The position numbers and the translations under genes are program-made. The notes below the pieces were generated by a model that was not told where the DNA came from, searched no databases, and was given only the letters and a program-made list of their open reading frames with translations. Shown piece after piece: positions 1 through 8,891 of a stretch of DNA of 64,000 bases; positions within the stretch are counted from its first letter, which is position 1; each line of letters opens with the position of its first letter. The stretch is from Rhodanobacteraceae bacterium (GTDB lineage Bacteria; Pseudomonadota; Gammaproteobacteria; Xanthomonadales; Rhodanobacteraceae), in NCBI GenBank assembly GCA_035688305.1, contig DASSNC010000111.1, positions 573 to 64,572 on the forward strand, written 5' to 3'.

Positions 1-1
1 G

Positions 2-136
2 CCGGATTCCGATTCCTTGCGCGTGCACATCCATGGCCTGCGTGCCGTCATCGACAAGCCCTTCGACAAACCGCTGATCCACACGCGCCACGGCATCGGC
101 TATCGCATGGTCGATCCGGATGCAGTCCCGACGTAA
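2..136 (+). CDS. Response regulator, C-terminal fragment (OmpR/PhoB-type winged-helix domain); the 5' end lies outside the window
   Basis: Frame 2 reads ...LRVHIHGLRAVIDKPFDKPLIHTRHGIGYRMVDPDAVPT with TAA at 134-136, a typical OmpR-family C-terminus. It overlaps the start of the downstream kinase gene. Confidence 0.7.
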   Translation, partial: PDSDSLRVHIHGLRAVIDKPFDKPLIHTRHGIGYRMVDPDAVPT

Positions 137-1418
137 GCTCCGCGTCCGGCTGATTGTCACCTTCACGCTGTTTGGCTTCTGCCTCAGCGCGCTGTTTGCC
201 GGCGCGTCCCTGTACGTGCGCGCCAAGGTCGAAAACCAGCTGATCAACCAGAGCCTCGAAGCCGATGTGCAGCAGGCACTGGAAAACAAGCACCAGCATC
301 CCGACCAGCCCTTGCAATCGAAGCTCGTCGAGGGCTGGTTGTGGAACAATCGCACCGTTTATCAGGCGCCGCTGGCCTGGCAGGGATTGGCGCCAGGCGT
401 TTACGACATGCGCGGCGGCGAGGACGGCAAGCCGCTGCACTACAAGTTGGCGGTGGCCCGCAAGTACGGGCTGGATGCGTTCCTCACCTACGACATCAGT
501 CGCGAAGGATTGGGCAAGCGCCAGTTGGTGACCAGCCTCATCGCCGCGGTGTTGTTGTTCACGCTGTTGTCGCTGGCGGTCGGCTACTGGCTGTCGCGGC
601 GCGTGATGCGGCCGGTGACCGACCTTGCGCAACGGCTGCGTGCGTTCCGCAGCGGTGGCCAGCCCGAAGTCCTGGCCCCCTATTTTGCCGAAGATGAAGT
701 GGGCGAACTGGCCGCCGCGCTGGATGATTACGCGCAGCGCCAGAGTTCGATGATCCAGCGTGACCGCGAATTCAACGCCGACGTCAGCCACGAATTGCGC
801 ACGCCGCTGGCGGTGATCGCCAGCACCACCGAGTTGCTGATGGCCACGCCCGACCTTTCGGAGAAGTTGCGCACCCGCCTGCAGCGAATCGAGCGTGCGG
901 TGCGTCAATCGACCGAGCTGACCCAGGCGCTGCTGTTGCTTTCGCGCGCCGAGCGCTCTGGCCCGGTCGATGGCGAAACCACCGATGTCGCAAGGATCGC
1001 CGAAGAGGTCGCCGACACCCATCGCCCCGACCTGGGCCGCAAGCCGATCACGCTGCGCACGGAAATCGAGGCCGCGGTGTTGGTTGAAGCGCCGTCTTCG
1101 GTGGTGGCGGTGGCGCTCGGCAACCTCGTCGGCAATGCCTGCAAGTACACCCAGGAGGGTGAGATCGTGGTGCGCGTGCAGGCTGGCCGCGTACGCGTCG
1201 AGGATACCGGACCCGGAATCAAGGCCGAGGACGCCGAGCACCTGTTCGAACGAGGCGTGCGTGGCGAAGGCCAGACGGTCAAGGGCGCCGGCCTGGGATT
1301 GGCGATCGTGCGCCGCCTGTGCGAGCTCTACGGTTGGCAGGTGAGCCTGCAGCCGCGCGCCGAACGTGGCGCGGTGGCTACCCTGGATTTCGGCACTGGC
1401 GAGCGGGAAGGCGATTGA
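120..1418 (+). CDS. Sensor histidine kinase (membrane-bound, HAMP + HisKA + HATPase)
   Basis: 432 aa. Hydrophobic N-terminal segments, H-box FNADVSHELRTPL, N box GNLVGNACKYT, G boxes DTGPGI and GAGLGLAIV. Overlaps the upstream response-regulator gene. Confidence 0.9.
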   Translation: MQSRRKLRVRLIVTFTLFGFCLSALFAGASLYVRAKVENQLINQSLEADVQQALENKHQHPDQPLQSKLVEGWLWNNRTVYQAPLAWQGLAPGVYDMRGGEDGKPLHYKLAVARKYGLDAFLTYDISREGLGKRQLVTSLIAAVLLFTLLSLAVGYWLSRRVMRPVTDLAQRLRAFRSGGQPEVLAPYFAEDEVGELAAALDDYAQRQSSMIQRDREFNADVSHELRTPLAVIASTTELLMATPDLSEKLRTRLQRIERAVRQSTELTQALLLLSRAERSGPVDGETTDVARIAEEVADTHRPDLGRKPITLRTEIEAAVLVEAPSSVVAVALGNLVGNACKYTQEGEIVVRVQAGRVRVEDTGPGIKAEDAEHLFERGVRGEGQTVKGAGLGLAIVRRLCELYGWQVSLQPRAERGAVATLDFGTGEREGD

Positions 1419-1593
1419 TTCGACCAACGCGGGTGGGCGCAGGCATTGACCCGACAGGCGTATACTGCCTGTCCCCCGCCGGGCCGCGCGGATGCTGCCC
1501 GGCATGGGCTTGCGGCGAACGCCGCGGTGGGGCACAGTGAGGCCGGGCCAGCGCCTGATGCAGGCACGGTAACGCGACTTCAGGAGGGGGTTC

Positions 1594-2631
1594 ATGGATA
1601 TTGCCGAGCTGCTTGCCTTTTCGGTCAAGAACAAGGCCTCGGACTTGCACCTGTCGGCAGGCTTGCCGCCGATGATCCGCGTGGACGGCGACATCCGTCG
1701 CATCAATCTGCCCGCGCTCGAACACAAGCAGGTTCACTCGCTGGTGTACGACATCATGTCGGACAAGCAGCGGCGCGATTACGAGGAATTCCTCGAGGTC
1801 GATTTCTCGTTCGAGATTCCCGGGCTGGCGCGTTTTCGCGTGAATGCCTTCAACCAGAATCGCGGCGCGGGCGCGGTGTTCCGCACCATTCCGGCCGAAG
1901 TCTGGACGCTGGAAGACCTGGCCACGCCGAAGGTCTTCAAGGAACTCATCGACCAGCCGCAGGGATTGATCCTGGTCACCGGGCCAACCGGGTCGGGCAA
2001 GTCGACCACGCTTGCGGCCATGGTCGATCATGTCAACAAGAACCACTACGGGCACATCCTTTCGATCGAGGATCCGATCGAGTTCGTGCATACCGCGCAA
2101 AAATGCGTGATCAACCAGCGCGAAGTGCACCGTGACACACACGGATTCAACGAAGCCCTGCGCTCGGCGTTGCGCGAAGATCCCGACTACATCCTGGTCG
2201 GCGAAATGCGCGACATCGAAACCATCCGCCTGGCTTTGACGGCAGCGGAAACCGGACACCTGGTGTTCGCAACGCTGCACACCAATTCGGCCGCCAAGAC
2301 CATCGACCGCATCATCGACGTGTTCCCCGGTGGCGAAAAAGCCATGGTCCGCTCGATGCTGTCCGAATCGCTGCGCGCGGTCATCACCCAGACGCTTTTG
2401 AAGAAGGTCGGGGGCGGGCGTATTCCGGCGTGGGAGATCATGGTCGGCATCCCGGCCGTGCGCAACTTGATCCGCGAGGACAAGGTCGCGCAAATGTATT
2501 CGTCCATCCAGACCGGCCAGCAATTCGGCATGCAGACCATGGACCAGTGCCTGCAGGATCTCGTGCGGCGTGGGTTGATTACGCGCCAGGATGCTATGGC
2601 GCGGGCGAAGGTGAAGGAGACTTTCAAATGA
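1594..2631 (+). CDS. pilT: Type IV pilus retraction ATPase PilT
   Basis: 345 aa starting MDIAELLAFSVKNKASDLHLSAG. Walker A GPTGSGKST and the PilT-type AVRNLIREDK motif. GGAGGGGG Shine-Dalgarno sequence upstream. Confidence 0.95.
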   Translation: MDIAELLAFSVKNKASDLHLSAGLPPMIRVDGDIRRINLPALEHKQVHSLVYDIMSDKQRRDYEEFLEVDFSFEIPGLARFRVNAFNQNRGAGAVFRTIPAEVWTLEDLATPKVFKELIDQPQGLILVTGPTGSGKSTTLAAMVDHVNKNHYGHILSIEDPIEFVHTAQKCVINQREVHRDTHGFNEALRSALREDPDYILVGEMRDIETIRLALTAAETGHLVFATLHTNSAAKTIDRIIDVFPGGEKAMVRSMLSESLRAVITQTLLKKVGGGRIPAWEIMVGIPAVRNLIREDKVAQMYSSIQTGQQFGMQTMDQCLQDLVRRGLITRQDAMARAKVKETFK

Positions 2632-2806
2632 CGGGACCCGGTACCCGGGACCCGGGACCCGCGAAAGGCGGGAGCGCGCGCTGGCGCATCAGGCGCGCTG
2701 ACCACGATGTTCCGTTCAATTGCGGACGCGGTGATGAGGGCTTGGGTCGCGGAAGGGCCATTGTGGTGCTCTTCCGGGTCCCGGGTCCCGAGTCCCGGGT
2801 ACCGGG
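2632..2806. repeat. Long-range inverted repeat made of GGGACCC/CCCGGGT-type heptamers, bracketing about 112 nt between pilT and pilU
   Basis: The left arm is cgggacccggtacccgggacccgggacccg (2632-2661). The right arm is ccgggtcccgggtcccgagtcccgggtaccggg (2774-2806). The arms are reverse complements apart from one extra 7-nt unit. An inner hairpin (agcgcgcgctg...caggcgcgct) lies in the loop. Confidence 0.7.
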
Positions 2807-2815
2807 AGTACAACC

Positions 2816-3964
2816 ATGAGCGCAGTCGACTTTTCCTCGTTCCTCAAACTGATGGTGCACAAGAAGGCATCCGACCTTTTCATCACGGCCGGTGTCGCGC
2901 CGTCCATCAAGGTCAACGGGCGCATCGTGCCGATCACCCAGACGCCGTTGTCCGCGCAGGAATCGCGCGACATGGTGTTGAACGTGATGAACCCGATCCA
3001 GCGCGAAGAGTTCGAAAAGACCCATGAGTGCCAATTCGCGATCGGCGTATCCGGGGTCGGCCGCTTCCGCGTGTCGTGCTTCTACCAGCGCAATTGCGTC
3101 GGCATGGTGTTGCGCCGGATCGAGTCGAAAATCCCGACGGTCGAGGAACTCAACCTGCTGCCGATCGTCAAGCAGCTGGCGATGACCAAGCGCGGCATCG
3201 TGATCTTCGTCGGCGCCACCGGGGCCGGCAAATCCACGTCCCTGGCCGCGATGGTGGGTTACCGCAACCAGAACTCGACCGGACACATCATCACCATCGA
3301 AGACCCGATCGAATACGTGCACAAGCACGAAGGCTGCATCATCACCCAGCGCGAGCTCGGCATCGACACCGACAGCTGGGAAAACGCGCTCAAGAACACG
3401 TTGCGCCAGGCGCCCGACGTGATCCTGATCGGCGAGGTGCGTACCCGCGAGACCATGGAATACGCGATGCACTTCTCCGAAACGGGCCACCTGGTGCTGT
3501 GCACCTTGCACGCCAACAACGCCAACCAGGCGCTGGAACGCATCATCCACTTCTTCCCGGAAGACGTGCGCGAACAGTTGTACATGGACCTGTCGCTGAA
3601 CCTCAAGGGCGTCATCGCGCAGCAGTTGATCCCGACGCCGGATGGCAAGGGCCGCTGGGTGTCGATGGAAGTGATGATCGGTACGCCGCTGATCCAGGAC
3701 TACATTCGCAAGGGCGAGATCCACAAGATCAAGGACGTGATGAAGCAGTCGACCAACCTTGGCATGTGTACCTTCGACCAGAACCTGGTCGAGCTGTACC
3801 ACCAGGGCCACGTCAGCTACGAAGACGCCTTGCGCTACGCCGACTCGGCGAACGAAGTGCGCCTCGCGATCAAGCTGGCCCAAGGCGGCGACGCGCATTC
3901 GCTGTCGCAGGGCCTGGGCGATGTGGAGCTGATCGAGACGCGGGAAACCGGTCACCGGCTCTGA
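2816..3964 (+). CDS. pilU: PilT-family ATPase PilU
   Basis: 382 aa starting MSAVDFSSFLKLMVHKKASDLFITAG. Walker A GATGAGKST. Paralogous to the upstream pilT and in the canonical pilT-pilU order. Confidence 0.92.
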   Translation: MSAVDFSSFLKLMVHKKASDLFITAGVAPSIKVNGRIVPITQTPLSAQESRDMVLNVMNPIQREEFEKTHECQFAIGVSGVGRFRVSCFYQRNCVGMVLRRIESKIPTVEELNLLPIVKQLAMTKRGIVIFVGATGAGKSTSLAAMVGYRNQNSTGHIITIEDPIEYVHKHEGCIITQRELGIDTDSWENALKNTLRQAPDVILIGEVRTRETMEYAMHFSETGHLVLCTLHANNANQALERIIHFFPEDVREQLYMDLSLNLKGVIAQQLIPTPDGKGRWVSMEVMIGTPLIQDYIRKGEIHKIKDVMKQSTNLGMCTFDQNLVELYHQGHVSYEDALRYADSANEVRLAIKLAQGGDAHSLSQGLGDVELIETRETGHRL

Positions 3965-4023
3965 AGGTACGGACTGGCGCTGCCGCGCGGCGCACGCATC
4001 GAACCGCCTGCCACCTGACCTGC

Positions 4024-4052
4024 AAAAACCCCGGCTGAGCGCCGGGGTTTTT
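4024..4052. terminator. Bidirectional rho-independent terminator between the convergent pilU and lipoprotein genes
   Basis: The sequence aaaaaccccggc-tgagc-gccggggttttt has a 7-bp GC stem (4029-4035 / 4041-4047) flanked by an A-tract and a T-tract. Confidence 0.8.
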
Positions 4053-4067
4053 GCTTGTGCACTGTGT

Positions 4068-5747
4068 TCAGCGGTGCTGGGTGTCCCCTTCAAAATGCAG
4101 ACCGTCGTGGTCCAGCGTCACCCGCATGTCGATGGCCTTGATCGTCTCGCTCATCCGGTTGAACAGGGTCACGACGTTCTGCATGTCGGCCTGGTTCTTC
4201 GCTGGTGCCATGGCGGCGAAGCGGCCGAACCAACTTGCCAGCACGCCATACATCTTGCCGTCCACATGCATCCGCAACATCGTGTCACCATTGCCTGCCG
4301 GAGCATTCAGCGCGTTCGCGAGCATGCTGTCTTCGCCAGCGCCCACGCCCGCTGCCAGCGAGTGCGAATCGGCAGCGATCCAGCCCTGGTTGCCACCGCC
4401 AAGCATGACCTGCATGCGCGGCGGCAGGTCGAATGCCACCGGCTTGCCGTCGGTGCTGATGGTCTTCAGCGCAAACTGTGGCGCCGTCTGCTGGACCTTC
4501 TGCGCAAGCTCGGCAGGGTTGGAACTGGCCACCAGCACCCGTCCGGCGAATTGCGGACCGGGTTCCCACTTGTCGAGCACCAGGCGCACCCCGAGCAGCG
4601 AGGCGGCTTCCGGGGGCATCTGCACCGGCGGGTTGGCTGCGGTCTGCGCGAACTTGTTCAACGACTGCAGCGCGGGGCATTGATAGGCCTTCTCTGCCGC
4701 GACTTTTGCGCGGTCCTGGATGAACGCCTGCCATTTCTGCAGCGGCAGTGCCAGCACCATGTCGAACATCGAATCGTCGGACTTCGCATCCATGCCCGCC
4801 ACCGGCTGCTTGAGGGCGCTGAGGGCACCGAGCAGTGACGGCGACAGCTTGATGTCGACGCTTTGGCGCATTTCCTGCGGTGTGTAGGTCGTCATGCCGA
4901 GGCTGGCCATGGGCACGTTGCTGGCGAGCGATGCAAATTCGGTTGCGCACGCGGGGTTTGTGGGTGCGGCGCCGAAGTCCTTGGCAAATTCCTGGGTGAC
5001 CGCGTCCTTGCCGTCGAAGGCATTGGCGAACAGTTTCGGCAGGTCGATGTAGCCGGAACCGTAATCGGAATAGCCATGCTCGCTGTTGATTTTCTCAAGC
5101 CGTGCCGCTGCGTTGCTGGTCGGCTTTTTCAGGCCAAGCAACTGTTCCAGCATGTCGGGACTTGCGTCTGCCGGTGCCAGGGTGGCAACCAGTTGCTTGC
5201 CCTCGACGGCAACCAGCACGTGCACCTTGGCGTCGTTGCCGCCGATGAGCCAGTAGGCCTGGTTGCCGACGCTGGCGGTGGGAATGCTCACGCCTGCGCG
5301 TTGTTGCACTTTCGCCCAGAATGCCTTGAAGGTATCGGGCGATGCGAGTTCCGTGCGCATCACCGGGACGTCGCCGATCCCGTACATCGCAAACAGACCC
5401 GTCATCGGGAAGCCCATCGCCGTGGCGACCTCCTTGCGGGTGTGGGCAGTCGCGAGTTCAGCCTGCATCGCGGTGAGGATTTTCGCGACATCGGGATGTT
5501 CGTCACCGACCAGCTTGGCGAGTTGGCCGAACTGGGCAGCATTGGCCTGGGCGCCGGCATTGAACGCGTCAGCCCAGGCGTTGGTGAGTTCCGTTGGAAC
5601 CGGTTGCAGATTGGCGAACAAGTACGGCGTGTCCGCCGGCGCGAAGGTGATTGGCGCGTTGGAGTCGACATGCTTGCCGCAACCGGCAAGCACGAGCGCG
5701 GAAAGGCAGGCCGTCGCGAGGACGGCCCGACGCAGGACTGGACGCAT
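4068..5747 (-). CDS. Hypothetical lipoprotein
   Basis: 559 aa. The N-terminus MRPVLRRAVLATACLSALVLAGCGK carries a signal peptide with lipobox LAGC. High-GC codon bias is consistent with coding. No family recognised. Confidence 0.7.
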   Translation of the reverse strand: MRPVLRRAVLATACLSALVLAGCGKHVDSNAPITFAPADTPYLFANLQPVPTELTNAWADAFNAGAQANAAQFGQLAKLVGDEHPDVAKILTAMQAELATAHTRKEVATAMGFPMTGLFAMYGIGDVPVMRTELASPDTFKAFWAKVQQRAGVSIPTASVGNQAYWLIGGNDAKVHVLVAVEGKQLVATLAPADASPDMLEQLLGLKKPTSNAAARLEKINSEHGYSDYGSGYIDLPKLFANAFDGKDAVTQEFAKDFGAAPTNPACATEFASLASNVPMASLGMTTYTPQEMRQSVDIKLSPSLLGALSALKQPVAGMDAKSDDSMFDMVLALPLQKWQAFIQDRAKVAAEKAYQCPALQSLNKFAQTAANPPVQMPPEAASLLGVRLVLDKWEPGPQFAGRVLVASSNPAELAQKVQQTAPQFALKTISTDGKPVAFDLPPRMQVMLGGGNQGWIAADSHSLAAGVGAGEDSMLANALNAPAGNGDTMLRMHVDGKMYGVLASWFGRFAAMAPAKNQADMQNVVTLFNRMSETIKAIDMRVTLDHDGLHFEGDTQHR

Positions 5748-5783
5748 GGGTGATTCTCCTTGTTCCCCGGGTTGAAACGTGGA

Positions 5784-6695
5784 TTATGCAGGTGGCGTGA
5801 GCAGATCGGCCAGCACGGCCATCCGCACGGCCACCCCGTTGGCGACCTGGTCGAGGATCCGCGATTGCGGGCCATCGGCGATTTCCGGTGCAATCTCGAT
5901 GCCGCGGTTGATCGGCCCGGGGTGCAGTACCTGGCAATCCTGCGCGGCCAGCGCGAGGCGGCGCGCGTCGAGTCCGAAGTGGGCGTGGTAGTCGGCGGCA
6001 TCCGGAAACTGCGCGGCCGCCATGCGTTCCTTCTGGATGCGCAGCATGATCACCACGTCGGTGCCCGCGAGCGCGGCATCGAAATCCCCGCTGGTGCTGC
6101 AGCCAGGGAATTCGGCCAGCGCATCCGGCAGCATCGCGGCCGGCGCGCACAGGCGGATGTCGCCCACGCCCAGCGCGTGCAGCGCCTGCGCATCCGAGCG
6201 CGCGACGCGCGAGTGGCGGATGTCGCCGCAGATCGTCACGCGCAGGTTCTCGAAATCGGGGCGGCGCTGGCGGATGGTCAGCGCGTCCAGCAAGCCTTGC
6301 GTCGGATGCGCGTGGGTGCCGTCACCAGCGTTGATGATGGCTACATTCGACTTCGCGTGCTCGGCGAGGTACTTCGGCATGCCGTTTTCGTTGTGCCGGA
6401 CCACCAGTGCGTCAAGCCCCATTGCCTCCAGCGTGTGCAGCGTGTCGAGCAGGCTTTCGCCCTTGCTGGTGGATGAGTGCGACAGCTCGAAGTTCACGTT
6501 GTCCGCACCCAGTCGCTTGGCCGCCAGCACGAATGACGTGCGGGTGCGCGTCGAGTGTTCGAAGAACAGCGTGAGCACCGTGCGGCCAAGCAGCAGGTCG
6601 CGTGGCGCGCCGTCGCGACGGAAGCCTTCAGCGCGATCGAGCAGGCGGGTGATGACCGTGTGGTCAAGGTTTTCGAGGGTCAGCAGGTGGTGCAT
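5784..6695 (-). CDS. pyrB: Aspartate carbamoyltransferase catalytic subunit
   Basis: The internal ATG at 6695 gives MHHLLTLENL..., with FFEHSTRTRTSF and HPTQGLLD motifs. The 123-codon upstream extension of the ORF is Arg/Pro-rich high-GC read-through. Confidence 0.92.
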   Translation of the reverse strand: MHHLLTLENLDHTVITRLLDRAEGFRRDGAPRDLLLGRTVLTLFFEHSTRTRTSFVLAAKRLGADNVNFELSHSSTSKGESLLDTLHTLEAMGLDALVVRHNENGMPKYLAEHAKSNVAIINAGDGTHAHPTQGLLDALTIRQRRPDFENLRVTICGDIRHSRVARSDAQALHALGVGDIRLCAPAAMLPDALAEFPGCSTSGDFDAALAGTDVVIMLRIQKERMAAAQFPDAADYHAHFGLDARRLALAAQDCQVLHPGPINRGIEIAPEIADGPQSRILDQVANGVAVRMAVLADLLTPPA

Positions 6696-6843
6696 GGGAA
6701 TCCTTTTGCGATCACCCCTGATCGCGGCTTTGCCGAATTGGTCTGGTGCCGCGGGCGTCACGATGGCGGGTAAACCGGAACGGCGTTTCCTCGCCTGACT
6801 TGCCACAACAGCCGCTTCGCTTCCGACGGTCGAACATGGCACG

Positions 6844-7290
6844 CTATTCGGGGTTGGGGTTTGACTGGCCCGACGTCTGCGCCAACCAGCTCTCAAGGAT
6901 AACGGCCGCCGCCAGCGAATCGATGTTGGCCGCGTCGCGGCGGCGTGCGGCGCCCGCCGCGCGCTGCCCGGCAAAGCGGCGCGCGGCCTCCTGGGAGGTA
7001 TGCCGCTCGTCGACCAGATGCACCGGCAGGCCGCTGCGGTTCCCCAGTGTGGTGGCGAACGCACGCGCGGCCCGCGTGATCGCCTGTTCGCCGCCGTCCA
7101 GCGTCAGCGGCAGGCCGACGATCAACGCTTCCGGCTTCCACTCGGCGAGCAGCGCATCGACACGCGTCCATTCGGGCTCGCCCGCGTTCACCATGAGGAT
7201 GGGCAATGGGCGCGCGGACTGGCTGATGTGATTGCCGCTGGCGACACCGATCCGGCGCTGGCCGTAGTCGAATCCCAGCACGCAACTCAT
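6844..7290 (-). CDS. ruvX: Holliday-junction-resolvase-like protein RuvX/YqgF
   Basis: The internal ATG at 7290 gives MSCVLGFDYGQRRIGVASG..., with VDERHTSQEA further on. The start overlaps the stop of the upstream yqgE-like gene. Confidence 0.88.
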   Translation of the reverse strand: MSCVLGFDYGQRRIGVASGNHISQSARPLPILMVNAGEPEWTRVDALLAEWKPEALIVGLPLTLDGGEQAITRAARAFATTLGNRSGLPVHLVDERHTSQEAARRFAGQRAAGAARRRDAANIDSLAAAVILESWLAQTSGQSNPNPE

Positions 7291-7961
7291 GCGCGGCCGG
7301 AATACGAAGTCAGGTTGGCCGGATTGATCCCGACCAACGCCACCGCGGCGCTCCAGCGTTCGTCCAATGCCGTATCGAACAGGACGCGTTCGTCGGCTGC
7401 CACCGTGAGCCACGCGTTGTCGCGCAGTTCCTGCTCGAGCTGGCCGGCGCCCCAACCGGCATAGCCCAGCGCCACCAGCGCGCGGCGCGGACCGCCGCCA
7501 TCCGCCATCGCGGCAAGGATGTCGCGCGAGGTGGTGACGCTGACCATGTCATTGACGCGGTAGCTGGAATCCCATTCGTGCTTGCCCGATACGTGCAGCA
7601 CGAAGCCGCGTTCGGGTTGTACCGGGCCACCGACCAACACGGGCGCGGCGGCGATGTTTTCGCGCTCGCACGGCATGTTCATCTGCTTCAGCACGTCGCC
7701 CAGCGTGAATTCGGAAAGGCGGTTCACCACCAGACCCATCGCGCCGTCGTCGCCGTGCTGGCAGATGAAGGTGATGCCGCGCGCGAAATTGGGATCGCCC
7801 ATGCCCGGCATCGCAATCAGGAAATGCCCGGTGAGCGAGGCCGGCTTGGCGGCGGATGCGCTGGGCACCTTGGCCTGGTTGCGCGCGGACGCCTTGCCTG
7901 ATGGTCGGCGTGGACGGCTCCGGGGCGGGGTTTTTGCAGGTGGCTTGGCCATGGCGAGCAT
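7287..7961 (-). CDS. YqgE/AlgH family protein (UPF0301)
   Basis: 224 aa containing LTGHFLIAMPGMGDPNFARGITFICQHGDDGAMGLVVNR. Conserved yqgE-ruvX arrangement. Confidence 0.85.
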   Translation of the reverse strand: MLAMAKPPAKTPPRSRPRRPSGKASARNQAKVPSASAAKPASLTGHFLIAMPGMGDPNFARGITFICQHGDDGAMGLVVNRLSEFTLGDVLKQMNMPCERENIAAAPVLVGGPVQPERGFVLHVSGKHEWDSSYRVNDMVSVTTSRDILAAMADGGGPRRALVALGYAGWGAGQLEQELRDNAWLTVAADERVLFDTALDERWSAAVALVGINPANLTSYSGRA

Positions 7962-7982
7962 TGTACGCCGCCGCGCTGCCGC

Positions 7983-8891
7983 TCACTCTGGCCGGATGCC
8001 GCGGGTTTGCAGGTGGTTGCCCGGCAGGAATTGCCATACGCGGGTGATTCCGAGCTCGGTGATGCGTTGCCCGGAGGCGTCCTTTTCGCGCGGTATCGGC
8101 GGGAACGGGGCGGCCAGGTGCACGATGCGGATTGCCGCGTTGTCGAGCACCGGATAGCCGGAACTCGCGTTGACGGTCACGCCGCGCACCTGGCCGCTGG
8201 TGTCGATCACGACCGTCAGCATTACGTCGCCGTGCAGGCCGCGCCGGCGCGCTGCATCCGGATAGTTGAGGTTGCCTACCCGTTCAATGTGATGCACCCA
8301 CGCAACTTGATAGGCGGCGTCCGCCACACTGCGCGTGTTGGCCGAGATGTAGCGCCTGCGGGGGCGCCGCGCATACGATTCCTTTGCTTCGCGCACTTCC
8401 TGCTCCAGGCGCGCGGCTTCCAGTCGCTGCGCGACCGGAATGGCCGCCTCCCGTTCGGAGGTCTGCGGCTCCGCTCGCGTATCGCGCTGTTGCGCCACTT
8501 GCATCTGCGCCGCACCGCTGGTGACGACCACGTGCGCGCCGCTGGCGGTTTGCTGGTGCGGCGCTGCCGGCATCACCGGGATCGGGGCGATGCCTGCCTG
8601 GGTGACCGGCAGCGGACCCGAGAAAGGCGCGCCGGGGCGGTGCGCCTGGTCGCTGTTGCCGCCGCCGGCGTTGTTGGCCTGCGCGAGGAAATCGGCCTTT
8701 TTCGGCGCTTCCGCGTTCGAGGTGTTGATCAGGGTGACGTCCAGCGTCGGCAGGCTGGGCGCGGGCTTGGCAAAACCGAAGCCGATGCCGAGGATCAGGA
8801 TTGCGTGCAGCATCAGCGAAAACAGCAATGCCACGCCCATCCGATCTGCGCTGCCGGACGCGTGTTCCATGTTGACCACTGCAGCGTTCAC
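7983..8891 (-). CDS. Energy transducer TonB family protein
   Basis: 302 aa. One N-terminal TM helix, a Pro/Ala-rich spacer, and a TonB C-terminal domain (YPDAARRRGLHGDVMLTVVIDTSGQV). GTG start overlapping the gshB stop. Confidence 0.82.
   Translation of the reverse strand: MNAAVVNMEHASGSADRMGVALLFSLMLHAILILGIGFGFAKPAPSLPTLDVTLINTSNAEAPKKADFLAQANNAGGGNSDQAHRPGAPFSGPLPVTQAGIAPIPVMPAAPHQQTASGAHVVVTSGAAQMQVAQQRDTRAEPQTSEREAAIPVAQRLEAARLEQEVREAKESYARRPRRRYISANTRSVADAAYQVAWVHHIERVGNLNYPDAARRRGLHGDVMLTVVIDTSGQVRGVTVNASSGYPVLDNAAIRIVHLAAPFPPIPREKDASGQRITELGITRVWQFLPGNHLQTRGIRPE

Noticed and set aside
1453-1473. The palindrome gacaggc-gtatact-gcctgtc downstream of the histidine kinase gene, considered as a terminator or a sigma70 promoter for pilT.
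   Set aside because: No T-tract follows the stem. The nearby TTGACC (1446-1451) and TATACT (1461-1466) are only 9 nt apart, which is too close for a -35/-10 pair. It could be a protein-binding site, but nothing supports a specific call.
5784-7455. Long N-terminal extensions of the pyrB (to 7064) and ruvX (to 7455) ORFs. Similar extensions occur for gshB, rsmE, bioA, proC, pilH, pilI and pilJ.
   Set aside because: In each case an internal ATG lines up with the conserved N-terminus of the family and avoids overlap with the neighbouring gene. The extensions are Arg/Pro-rich read-through.
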